Virus record (IMG/VR): IMGVR_UViG_3300012944_000032
Strand: one strand, 5' to 3'
From: a virus
Length of the DNA stretch: 43,988 bases
The notes under the pieces were generated by a model that was not told the DNA's origin, did no database searches, and saw nothing but the letters and a program-made list of their open reading frames with translations. Positions 35,580-43,664 of this stretch are shown here, one piece after another. A program made the position numbers and the translations under genes. Position 1 is the stretch's first letter. Each line of letters begins with the position of its first letter.

Positions 35580-36514
35580 GTGTACGTTCCTTTTTCTGGG
35601 TTCCAGATCTTGGTTGATTGTTCGGTTGGTTGTACTTGTGGTTGCTGTTTAAATGGATTTACGTTGGGAACGACAAATTCAACTATTTCATTTGTTTTCT
35701 CTTTTGAATCATACTCTGCCTGCACTTGTGCAAGAGCCTCAAGCCACACCTCATAGAAAAATTTATCTGTGAAATCAAGCTCTTTTGGCAAGCCTAAACT
35801 TGTCTTGGCATACTCATCTCCAATGGCTTCAGTTGAAACCTTATACTTAATTGAAGATGTTCCTGTTGCGTAGCTTGTTTCTTTGGTGAAATGGTAAATT
35901 TCGGTGAACTGACCCGGAACGATGCCAGCTACTTTGGAACCGTATGTTACTATAGTATTAACTTTGGATACTTTCATGCTGCTTCCACTACCTTCAATCT
36001 TAATACCTGGTAATGGATGTGCTGTCCATATCACATGACATGGCAGCACTCTACAAATGTCAAGAGCTTGAGATACGATAGAGGTTTCAGTTTTATACTC
36101 GTCAAATTGTGGAATTAGCTGTTGAGGATTATCAGCCTTAGATGCAATCTTTTTACCCTTCTCGTTAAATCCGAGACTCCAGTTAACTGCACCAGCCGTT
36201 AAGTTGGTTACACTATCTGTAATGAATGCTGTGTATCTACAATCAGACTCAAAATCATAACATTTATTAATGTATGCGTTGGCATTGGTCTTTCCATACA
36301 CATCAATTTCTAAATTATCTAATACTTTCTTGCCTTTCTCACCCATCTTACGATAGAATGTGATAAGCTCCACTGGCTTCTTCTTATCCCAATAAGCTAG
36401 ATATGTTGGTCCACCTAAAGCGAATGACGCAGCGGCTATGGTCTTTCCAAATCCCCAAGGAGATTTGAATAAGAAACTAGTTGGGCCAGCTATGTTAATA
36501 CCACTAGCCTTCAT
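35576..36514 (-). CDS. RecA-fold ATPase (Sak4/AAA_24-like)
   Basis: N-terminal P-loop FKSPWGFGKT. Sits in a nuclease / ATPase / SSB context. Confidence 0.55.
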   Translation of the reverse strand: MKASGINIAGPTSFLFKSPWGFGKTIAAASFALGGPTYLAYWDKKKPVELITFYRKMGEKGKKVLDNLEIDVYGKTNANAYINKCYDFESDCRYTAFITDSVTNLTAGAVNWSLGFNEKGKKIASKADNPQQLIPQFDEYKTETSIVSQALDICRVLPCHVIWTAHPLPGIKIEGSGSSMKVSKVNTIVTYGSKVAGIVPGQFTEIYHFTKETSYATGTSSIKYKVSTEAIGDEYAKTSLGLPKELDFTDKFFYEVWLEALAQVQAEYDSKEKTNEIVEFVVPNVNPFKQQPQVQPTEQSTKIWNPEKGTYT

Positions 36515-36677
36515 TTTTTATCTCATCATTTTCAATTTTATCTACATTATCTGGAATCTCTTCAAGAAGACTGTGTGCCTTCTCTAATTGATTATGGGCA
36601 TTATTAATGGTATCAGTTATATCACTTATCTCATCATATACTTCTTGAATCTTTGCTATCAATTCACTCTTTGTCAT
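36504..36677 (-). CDS. Small acidic helical protein (57 aa; alternative GTG start at 36707)
   Basis: MTKSELIAKIQEVYDEISD... Confidence 0.5.
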   Translation of the reverse strand: MTKSELIAKIQEVYDEISDITDTINNAHNQLEKAHSLLEEIPDNVDKIENDEIKNEG

Positions 36678-36786
36678 TGATTTGCCATCCTTCGCTTCTC
36701 CAACCACAATCTAAACATTCTAAGTATATTTTGCCATCAAGACAATGCCTGATTGTCTCATGATGCTTACACTTAAATATCTTCAT
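36664..36786 (-). CDS. Small zinc-ribbon protein (40 aa from the internal ATG of track ORF 36664..36909)
   Basis: MKIFKCKHHETIRHCLDGKIYLECLDCGW. The longer form would overlap 36773..37129 extensively. Confidence 0.4.
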   Translation of the reverse strand: MKIFKCKHHETIRHCLDGKIYLECLDCGWRSEGWQINDKE

Positions 36787-37129
36787 CTGCAACTGGTGTA
36801 ATAGCGTTGTCAAGACGTGAACGCAAATCATTAGTATTTTCGCTAGCAAGGGAAGCCATAACAGGAAGACTATCACGACGAATGTATCTCTTTTTACCAT
36901 CTGAGCCATTCACCTTAATCTTGCTGCACTTCTCACAATGTGGTTTAGCTAGCTTAACAGTATATTCTGTCATAATAAATTCACTATTACAAAGATTGCA
37001 AATGGATTTCTTGCCAAGTGCTAGCGCACAATCAATTTTAAATTGGCAGTCAGGTAGTATGCAGAAATATACCATGCTACCTGTAGAATATCTATGCCTT
37101 TTGAGTTTATGAGTGTGTTTCGCTGTCAT
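36773..37129 (-). CDS. Zinc-finger protein (118 aa)
   Basis: CILPDCQF...CNLCNSEF...CEKCSK. Confidence 0.6.
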   Translation of the reverse strand: MTAKHTHKLKRHRYSTGSMVYFCILPDCQFKIDCALALGKKSICNLCNSEFIMTEYTVKLAKPHCEKCSKIKVNGSDGKKRYIRRDSLPVMASLASENTNDLRSRLDNAITPVADEDI

Positions 37130-37138
37130 CTTTCACTT

Positions 37139-37405
37139 TCACTGAATAGAACGAGGAATAACAACAAGTTTAGCCTCATTAGTTGTTACTATGTTATACC
37201 AACCTTCTGGTAGTTTAACTCCCATAATATCAAATAAAGTTGGCCGAAATACTTTACCATCATTTCGATGAACTATCCATCCAGTACCAATGATACCTTG
37301 GCCATTCTGATCATACACTAATACCTTTTGCATTATTCCGTTATATGATACTTTATTATTAGGTTTACAATAACCAACTCCTGTGTAGTTATATAATTTA
37401 ATCAT
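37139..37405 (-). CDS. Hypothetical protein (88 aa)
   Basis: ORF in the packed operon. Confidence 0.6.
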   Translation of the reverse strand: MIKLYNYTGVGYCKPNNKVSYNGIMQKVLVYDQNGQGIIGTGWIVHRNDGKVFRPTLFDIMGVKLPEGWYNIVTTNEAKLVVIPRSIQ

Positions 37406-37434
37406 TTATCTTACTTAACTCACTTTGCTCCCTA

Positions 37435-38340
37435 TTACTTTGCTCCCTGTTGCGTTGTGGAGTGTTGCGTTGCTGTCAATATCTCTGAAGCCTTACGCAA
37501 CACTTTACTAACATCCCAAGGTTCAGTAACGACAAAGTCTCTGCTCATCTTATAAAGTTTAGCTTCTTTACCAGAAGAATCACAAATATCAAAATATTCA
37601 CAACGTCTGTTATACTTATCACATGACGTTTCATTCATCGGCCATGCACCTTCAGCAATACATTGTAAATAATGCATAATATTTCTAACTACATTATCTT
37701 TCCACAAATCAATAACAGCTTTGTCGTAGCTAAGCATTGGTCTTAGATACTTCTCGTGCGGTTTGAGCGTCTTCTGAAAGCCAATGCGATTAACTACCAA
37801 ATAATCGCTTTTCAACGCATTGGCATAATTCTTAAACTGATTACTCATCCTATGAACTTCAAAACTTCTATCAAATGACTTGTGGTCATATGGTAGATTG
37901 GTGTACTTGTTGTCGCTGACAATCAAGTCAATCTTACCAGCCATATGAATACGTACTTCATCATCTTCGTGTAGAAGATAAATGAACGGCTGTTCTACGT
38001 CAACGATATGAAAATTCTGGTCAGCCACTCTCCAGTAATCAAAGTTCTCTTCCATTACATCAAGGATTCTTTCAATCTCTTCCGGCTCTAATTCAGATGT
38101 AGTGACACCAGCTTCTCGAATTTTTGACAATGCCATTGGAACTGCATCGTTGTAATGAATTCCATCTTTTAGAGCTTGATAGTACACTTCACATCCGACG
38201 TGAACAACTGTTCCCCTATCCAACTGCTTAGCTTTAGCTGGCTTCGATAGATTCAAATTATATCTATTGTGGAAGCGTTGTGCGCACAATAAGAATAAAT
38301 CATACTGACTTGCGTCCATTACAATGTTAACTTTTGACAT
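37435..38340 (-). CDS. PD-(D/E)XK nuclease, Cas4/RecB-like, with a Cys cluster
   Basis: GKIDLIV...PYDHKSF (motif II/III-like). N-terminal Cys in FLLCAQRF plus a C-terminal CDKYNRRCEYFDIC. Confidence 0.7.
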   Translation of the reverse strand: MSKVNIVMDASQYDLFLLCAQRFHNRYNLNLSKPAKAKQLDRGTVVHVGCEVYYQALKDGIHYNDAVPMALSKIREAGVTTSELEPEEIERILDVMEENFDYWRVADQNFHIVDVEQPFIYLLHEDDEVRIHMAGKIDLIVSDNKYTNLPYDHKSFDRSFEVHRMSNQFKNYANALKSDYLVVNRIGFQKTLKPHEKYLRPMLSYDKAVIDLWKDNVVRNIMHYLQCIAEGAWPMNETSCDKYNRRCEYFDICDSSGKEAKLYKMSRDFVVTEPWDVSKVLRKASEILTATQHSTTQQGAK

Positions 38341-38497
38341 TTATACTTTCCTTTTTAGATTCGTTAATCTTGCCATTCCATTTTATACCATATTCTGGCT
38401 TCCACTTGTGAGCACCAGTGTATACAGACTGAATAGTATTTACTATTGTGTTAGCTTGCCAATGCTGAAATACAATTCCCATTATTTGATTGTTCAT
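38327..38497 (-). CDS. Small ORF (56 aa)
   Basis: My translation is MNNQIMGIVFQHWQANTIVNTIQSVYTGAHKWKPEYGIKWNGKINESKKESINVKS. Overlaps both neighbours. Confidence 0.45.
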   Translation of the reverse strand: MNNQIMGIVFQHWQANTIVNTIQSVYTGAHKWKPEYGIKWNGKINESKKESINVKS

Positions 38498-38658
38498 GTT
38501 AGCTCTATCTTAACAATTTTATAATATCTAGTTAATTGACAGGTTACTCTAATAAGATGTTTGTTTTCAGATGATTCTATATCTGTATTGGAGACATGAT
38601 TATCTAATGGCCTAATCTCATTCTTACACCACTGACAAATCTTTGACTCATTTTCCAT
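38494..38658 (-). CDS. Small ORF (54 aa) with CxxC
   Basis: My translation is MENESKICQWCKNEIRPLDNHVSNTDIESSENKHLIRVTCQLTRYYKIVKIELT. ATGA/TAATG coupling. Confidence 0.45.
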   Translation of the reverse strand: MENESKICQWCKNEIRPLDNHVSNTDIESSENKHLIRVTCQLTRYYKIVKIELT

Positions 38659-38852
38659 TAATTTAAACTTCCTGCGGCTGTTCTAGGTTCAACTTGTGCT
38701 GACTTAACTACTTTGTAAATTGATTGAATCCATGCTTCAATAGTTGACTCTTTAGAATGCTTGAACAATGTCAAGACTATACCTTTCTCAGCGTCAGTCA
38801 TTAAATGAAACGCATTACAAGCTAACTCAAATTCTTCTTTTTTACCTATCAT
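38658..38852 (-). CDS. Hypothetical protein (64 aa)
   Basis: ORF in the packed operon. Confidence 0.55.
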   Translation of the reverse strand: MIGKKEEFELACNAFHLMTDAEKGIVLTLFKHSKESTIEAWIQSIYKVVKSAQVEPRTAAGSLN

Positions 38853-39061
38853 TCAAATCTCCAACCACACTGCTTACGACAAATCAATTCATCCTGACCA
38901 ATCCTACCAAAATCAAGTGGTGCTTTACAGCTAGGACAAATAGATGGAAGAGTACCATATCCTAAATCATTTCTTACATCTTCACTCACCCGGAAAGTTT
39001 CTGACTCGAGGATTTTTGATACTCTCTCTGATGCCCTCTCCATTTTCCACAATCCTTGCAA
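38849..39061 (-). CDS. Zinc-ribbon protein (start uncertain; a GTG at 38989 would remove most of the overlap)
   Basis: CPSCKAPLDFGRIGQDELICRKQCGW. The long form overlaps 38982..39179 by 80 nt. Confidence 0.5.
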   Translation of the reverse strand: MQGLWKMERASERVSKILESETFRVSEDVRNDLGYGTLPSICPSCKAPLDFGRIGQDELICRKQCGWRFE

Positions 39062-39179
39062 TGTGATGTAAGCTAATGACTACATCACTGATTAGAGTTT
39101 CAGCTTTCGAATAAATACGGTACTGCTTTCTCAACTCTGCCAGGTCGTCAGCGAACGTACGAATAAATTGTGCATCCAT
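38982..39179 (-). CDS. Hypothetical protein (65 aa)
   Basis: ATG abuts the stop of the upstream gene. Confidence 0.5.
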   Translation of the reverse strand: MDAQFIRTFADDLAELRKQYRIYSKAETLISDVVISLHHIARIVENGEGIRESIKNPRVRNFPGE

Positions 39180-39577
39180 TATCTAGCCATCCTCCTTAAT
39201 CCAAACTCTCTGAACTGCGAAGGCGTATGTTTGTGTGGATTCTTATTGTATCTCTTTAAATGAGCCTTTTTCTTACTACTTAAAGCTCGCATCTTTCTCT
39301 GTCTCATGTAACCAGCCGCAAGCGTGAATGAGAACGGCTTTACCTTGACACCTTGGTCAAACATAACAATTGCTTTTTGTGCTTCTGGTGGAGTTAGAAA
39401 GATGTATCTCTTACCAGCTTTTTTATTGTTAAATCTGATAGACTGTGTGTCAGCTTGAACGTACGTTGCCCATTTTAGTCTATCATGTACAGCATCTGCA
39501 ATCATACAGTGATGTGAATCTCTTCGTGTTGCGTTCTCAACGTGTTCCTTTGTTACCGGCACCTTGATGTTCCACAT
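39179..39577 (-). CDS. Hypothetical protein with a basic C-terminal tail
   Basis: 132 aa, ending KKKAHLKRYNKNPHKHTPSQFREFGLRRMAR. Confidence 0.6.
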   Translation of the reverse strand: MWNIKVPVTKEHVENATRRDSHHCMIADAVHDRLKWATYVQADTQSIRFNNKKAGKRYIFLTPPEAQKAIVMFDQGVKVKPFSFTLAAGYMRQRKMRALSSKKKAHLKRYNKNPHKHTPSQFREFGLRRMAR

Positions 39578-39580
39578 ATG

Positions 39581-40087
39581 TTATCTCTTCACATCTATGA
39601 AATCTTGCCAACTAATTACATTGCATTCATAAATTTCTGCAAGTTTGCTGATTTTAATATTAAATTTACCTACCCATTCCAGAAATTCATTTGAACCAAC
39701 CACACTAATCTCTTTTATATTAAATAATGTTTCTATTTTTGCATACTCAGACCTATATCCTGCTATATGAATGGCTACTTTACCCCACTGTTTAATAATT
39801 CCAGGCATGTTGTAGTAGTTGCTGTAGTTGTTGTTGTAGTAGTAGTTGCTGTATTTGTAGCTGTAATTGTAGCTGTAATTGTTGTTGTAGCTGTAGTAGT
39901 TATAAGAATATATGCCAGAATCTTCTGATTTAACTAGGTGTGGCCCTTCAAATTTAGACCATTTATAATCTTGATTTTCTGAAAATAAAGTTTCATCATT
40001 TCTAATACTATTTCTCCAATTTCTATATCCGGTAACCGCCTCTGATTCATCTATCTGTTTGAATTCTATAAAATCTGGCAAGCACAT
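39581..40087 (-). CDS. Conserved-type phage protein carrying a roughly 37-aa Asn/Tyr/Ser low-complexity insert
   Basis: GIYSYNYYSYNNNYSYNYSYKYSNYYYNNNYSNYYNM lies between VTGYRNWR... and IKQWGKVAIHIAGYRSEYAKI. The DNA at about 39808..39905 is an imperfect GTAGTT/GTAGCT repeat. Confidence 0.65.
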   Translation of the reverse strand: MCLPDFIEFKQIDESEAVTGYRNWRNSIRNDETLFSENQDYKWSKFEGPHLVKSEDSGIYSYNYYSYNNNYSYNYSYKYSNYYYNNNYSNYYNMPGIIKQWGKVAIHIAGYRSEYAKIETLFNIKEISVVGSNEFLEWVGKFNIKISKLAEIYECNVISWQDFIDVKR

Positions 40088-40088
40088 C

Positions 40089-40661
40089 CTATTCTCCCAT
40101 TTTAATTTCCCAAGTTACGTTTTTAGCACCGTAATCATAAATTAAATCTTTAATCATCTCAGCGTTATCTTCAGGCTCCCTATCATCATTAAAATAAACT
40201 CTATATTCAATATATTTAACCGGAATGGGTTTTGGTTCAGGTGGTAACTCAGCTCTCTTAATCACCTTTTGTGCTGCTAATACTTGCTGACCTAATCTTG
40301 CAGATGATGCCGCTGGAATTGGTTCTTTCGTATGATTGTCACAGAAGTAAATCTTCTTGTCTACCACTTCAATCGTAACGAAATGATTTGGAACTGTAAT
40401 GATATACATTCCATCTTCGTTCACTAGACGAATAAGTGTTCCATATAGAGTGTTAGCTTTGGTAGCTGGAATACAATCAAAGCCTAGCCGCGAAGCGGCT
40501 AATAGTAAATCATTAAGTTGAACACCAGTTACGTTGTATTTTCCATTGATGTTACTGATTACTCTTGCACATTCATCTGTTGATTTGCCCGTAAGAATGG
40601 ACAATACGGCTGGTCCACAATACTTGTTCATTCCGACGTTGACTGTTTTAAGGTTTGTCAT
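40089..40661 (-). CDS. Papain-fold cysteine peptidase-like protein (Peptidase_C39-like)
   Basis: NKYCGPAVLSILTG (candidate nucleophile Cys) and a downstream VPNHFVTIE (candidate His). Confidence 0.45.
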   Translation of the reverse strand: MTNLKTVNVGMNKYCGPAVLSILTGKSTDECARVISNINGKYNVTGVQLNDLLLAASRLGFDCIPATKANTLYGTLIRLVNEDGMYIITVPNHFVTIEVVDKKIYFCDNHTKEPIPAASSARLGQQVLAAQKVIKRAELPPEPKPIPVKYIEYRVYFNDDREPEDNAEMIKDLIYDYGAKNVTWEIKMGE

Positions 40662-40686
40662 TTTTTTCTTTTTAGCTGTTTAATTA

Positions 40687-42255
40687 TTAGAGTTTCCATG
40701 ACTTTTTTCCTTTCGTAACAAGTACCTGAGCTAACTCAGTCATAAGACTCTTTTCATCCCAGCTACTTTCTGTCCCATCTAGTGAACTGTCAACAACGGC
40801 TCTCTTCTGTTCAACTAGCTCAGTGAAATATTCATCAATAGTATTAATTGCAATCATATAAGTGATGATTACATTGTTCTTCTGCCCGTAACGATGATGT
40901 CTTTTCTCAGCTTGTGATTCCTTGCTAGGATTCCATTGTCGTTCCATCATCACTGCATCACTCACAAATTGTAGGTTACCTCCTACACCTCCAGCTTGTG
41001 TAGATGCAATCATTACTCTTGAGTCAGAATTCTTGAATGCTTCACCTTTAACTTGAAAATCATCACCAGCTTTGAATCTCATACATTTGGCAAATCCACC
41101 TTCGATAAGCCAACTATTCAATTCAATTTCTAACTTGTCTTCAGCTGCATGGTGATGTGCAAAGACTACAATCTTTCTGTCACAACTTAACAGAAACTCA
41201 GTAACAAAGTCAACACACTCTGTTACTTTCGAAATACCTGTAATTTGCCGCAATTTGTTCATGATTGCGAGCATGTTACCTTGCTTCTCAAATCCGCTCG
41301 TATCTTCGTTGTAATATTCTTCTTCTAGTTCTTCCATCAGAGCAGCATATGCCTTGTTCAATTTCCTGTCAAACTCAACCTGATAGAACCTACGCTGCAA
41401 ATCAGGCAAATCTTTCAAAACATCTTTCTGTCTTCTGCGAATGAAGAAATCTTTTACTTTCTCGTGGAAACCGGCTGGGTCTTTTAACCCACCAACTTTG
41501 TACCCAAAACCACTCTGATAGCTATCACATTCATTCTCAATAAATCTTGTATACTGTGGAAACATTCTTGGTGCGACTAAATTAAAGATTGTGAATGCTT
41601 CACCAGCATTATTCTCAATTGGAGTTCCAGACATAGGAATAACCCGTTCAATTTGCATGTCCTTTACAAACTTCTGAACGGCTTTAGCCCTACCGGTATC
41701 GTGATTCTTAATACGTTGACACTCATCGAGTGCTACGAACTTAATTTGACCCTTAACGAACTTCCAGCACTCTTCGTTCTTGAGTAAGTCATAGGTTGTG
41801 ATGTAGATGTTAAACCCCGGTGCTGCAAATACCTTACCGCTATCAATGACCTGTGTTAAGAATCCCTCAACACCACACTTACTTAGAATTTCGTGATGCC
41901 ATTGTAGCTTGACGCTAGATGGCACCACGATTACGGCTGGTGTCAACTCTTCCTGATGTAGTTTGATTAGTGCAAGTATCTCAATTGTCTTGCCTAGACC
42001 TTGCTCATCAGCAAGTATTGCCCTAGCATTAGCTTCCTCTAGAAATTTGACTCCCTTTACTTGATAATCCATTAAAGTGCAACCATTTAGTATGTGAGCT
42101 ATGTCGGCTTCGCCGCCAGACATAATGATATCACTTACTAAATGACCACATTCTAATGTGATTAGCTTGCTAGTCCCAAAAGAAATACGGCTCTTCTCAA
42201 CAGCGAGTTTTCCGCATTCCTTGCACGTCTGTTTAATTATCGAGCTTAGTGCCAT
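40687..42255 (-). CDS. SNF2/Rad54-family helicase with an N-terminal zinc ribbon
   Basis: ADEQGLGKT (motif I), LDECQRIKN (motif II), and the C-terminal helicase motif WNPSKESQAEKRHHRYGQ. N-terminal CKECGK...CGH. Confidence 0.88.
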   Translation of the reverse strand: MALSSIIKQTCKECGKLAVEKSRISFGTSKLITLECGHLVSDIIMSGGEADIAHILNGCTLMDYQVKGVKFLEEANARAILADEQGLGKTIEILALIKLHQEELTPAVIVVPSSVKLQWHHEILSKCGVEGFLTQVIDSGKVFAAPGFNIYITTYDLLKNEECWKFVKGQIKFVALDECQRIKNHDTGRAKAVQKFVKDMQIERVIPMSGTPIENNAGEAFTIFNLVAPRMFPQYTRFIENECDSYQSGFGYKVGGLKDPAGFHEKVKDFFIRRRQKDVLKDLPDLQRRFYQVEFDRKLNKAYAALMEELEEEYYNEDTSGFEKQGNMLAIMNKLRQITGISKVTECVDFVTEFLLSCDRKIVVFAHHHAAEDKLEIELNSWLIEGGFAKCMRFKAGDDFQVKGEAFKNSDSRVMIASTQAGGVGGNLQFVSDAVMMERQWNPSKESQAEKRHHRYGQKNNVIITYMIAINTIDEYFTELVEQKRAVVDSSLDGTESSWDEKSLMTELAQVLVTKGKKSWKL

Positions 42256-42279
42256 CGTTTCCTTCTGTGAATGCTTTGA

Positions 42280-42606
42280 TTACTTTGCTACTTCAACTTT
42301 CGAGTCTGTTGATGCGATGCGAGGTGAATTGAACGCTGTCATACTCTCATAAGTATCTAGAATGAGAGATTCAAGCTGCCCAATCTGTGACTCTTCACTC
42401 GGACGAAGAAAAAAGAACGGCTTGCTTTCATCATTTCTCTTCACAATTGATGCAGGAAATAACACGAATAAACCTTTTTCCTTATCATCACAGATTGTGA
42501 ATCCAACCATGTGGAAGCCGCTAAGGAATCCCTCTTCAAATTCAATAGCTGCTTTCGCTACTCGATTGCCTTTCCTCATCAAGAAAGGTTCTACCTTGAT
42601 TTTCAT
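42280..42606 (-). CDS. SpoVG-like nucleic-acid-binding protein
   Basis: RVAKAAIEFEEGF...ICDDKEKGLFVLFP...ILDTY parallels SpoVG (RMRAIASITLD...IDGNNGLFVAMP...VLNEY). Confidence 0.5.
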   Translation of the reverse strand: MKIKVEPFLMRKGNRVAKAAIEFEEGFLSGFHMVGFTICDDKEKGLFVLFPASIVKRNDESKPFFFLRPSEESQIGQLESLILDTYESMTAFNSPRIASTDSKVEVAK

Positions 42607-42631
42607 CTTATCTCTCCGTTTGCTGTTTCAC

Positions 42632-42658
42632 GTTCATGCGATGTTTGTTCATGCGATG
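42632..42658 (-). promoter_or_regulatory. Two exact tandem copies (15-bp period) of CATCGCATGAAC upstream of the SpoVG-like gene
   Basis: Plus-strand gttcatgcgatg occurs at 42632..42643 and 42647..42658, 25 nt from the ATG at 42606. Confidence 0.7.
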
Positions 42659-42665
42659 CGTTGCG

Positions 42666-43304
42666 CTAGAGCTTACTTTTGAATGTTAGTGCTGCCGGAT
42701 TGAATGGTGACGCTATCGCGTCAGGTTTCTTTACTTCCACCTGAACTGCTTTTGTCTCTGTTACTGGAGTGTTGAACGTAACAACCTTGAGGTTTGCTTC
42801 TGTTGCTTTACGCTCAAGATTGTTAATCATCTCCTTAACAGTCTCTTCGTCAATGCCTGCATTGAGCAATTGCATTCTCATCTTATCCATCTTGCTCATT
42901 CGTTCTTTACGAACTTTTACGGCATTGATAGCATCTGAAGTGACTACGTCTGGTCCTGAAGGAGTAATAACCCACTCCTTCTTACCTGACTTAGCTTTTC
43001 TCTCACGCAATTCATCATCGGCAGCGGCTAGAGTCGCCTTTGCTTCAAATGCAATCTGAGAGAGATTTTCTCTGTGCTCTCTTAACTGAGTTATATCCAT
43101 GTCCTTAACAAAGATTTTACCTCTGTTATAGAACTGAGCATATAACTCTTCTTGTGGTGTCATGTACCCCCAATCAATGAATATTCCACGTTTGATTGCT
43201 ACTAAACCTCGAAGATAATGACTTAACGAAGACTCCACATTGCATACTCTGCAATATATTGTTAAGTCATCATTTTCGAAATTGCAATCCTTACAGTGCC
43301 ACAT
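42666..43304 (-). CDS. Protein with an N-terminal RanBP2-type zinc finger
   Basis: WHCKDCNFENDDLTIYCRVC fits W-x-C-x2-C-x3-N-x6-C-x2-C exactly. The rest is helical and charged. Confidence 0.6.
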   Translation of the reverse strand: MWHCKDCNFENDDLTIYCRVCNVESSLSHYLRGLVAIKRGIFIDWGYMTPQEELYAQFYNRGKIFVKDMDITQLREHRENLSQIAFEAKATLAAADDELRERKAKSGKKEWVITPSGPDVVTSDAINAVKVRKERMSKMDKMRMQLLNAGIDEETVKEMINNLERKATEANLKVVTFNTPVTETKAVQVEVKKPDAIASPFNPAALTFKSKL

Positions 43305-43306
43305 TA

Positions 43307-43510
43307 CTAATACTTGATGATGTTCTTATTTGATTTCTGAGCAATAGAAGCGAGAACTTCTGAGTATGCTGATGTAAATGCTAGCTTCTGTTTGTCCGAT
43401 GTTAGTTCGCGATTGACCTTATCTCGATTGAGCCTACTTCTGTGCCTCCTGCGGAGGCAATCTTTAGCCTTTGCTTTTTCTTGATTCTCCTTTGAATTGA
43501 AAAACTTCAT
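43307..43510 (-). CDS. Small basic protein (67 aa), first gene of the early arm; DNA-binding regulator candidate
   Basis: Internal ATG of track ORF 43307..43693. Sequence is MKFFNSKENQEKAKAKDCLRRRHRSRLNRDKVNRE... The upstream extension is only a translation of the repeat array. Confidence 0.55.
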   Translation of the reverse strand: MKFFNSKENQEKAKAKDCLRRRHRSRLNRDKVNRELTSDKQKLAFTSAYSEVLASIAQKSNKNIIKY

Positions 43511-43554
43511 GTTACTCTTTACTGACTGATGGTGTCCACTAAAGTAGACAAAAC

Positions 43555-43614
43555 GTGTCGGAGCGTGTCGGAAAGTGTCGGATTGTGTCGGAACGTGTCG
43601 GAAAGTGTCAAAAC
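43555..43614 (-). repeat. 10-bp phased array: five CCGACAC cores plus one degenerate unit
   Basis: Plus strand reads GTGTCGGAgc GTGTCGGAaa GTGTCGGAtt GTGTCGGAac GTGTCGGAaa GTGTCAAAac. Inverted relative to the CGACACATTA array. Confidence 0.95.
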
Positions 43615-43664
43615 GTGCATCCGTCCGCAAGTTGTTGTCCCACTTGGGGTTGCGCCACAAACGG

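Noticed and set aside
41385-41413. TTGACA-N17-TATGCT on the minus strand inside the SNF2 gene as an internal promoter
   Set aside because: The -10 matches only 4 of 6 positions and the site is fully within coding sequence. It is not distinguishable from chance.
43555-43614. CRISPR array interpretation of the short repeats
   Set aside because: The units are 10 bp and contiguous, with only 2-3 variable bases. There are no spacer-length unique segments and no cas genes.
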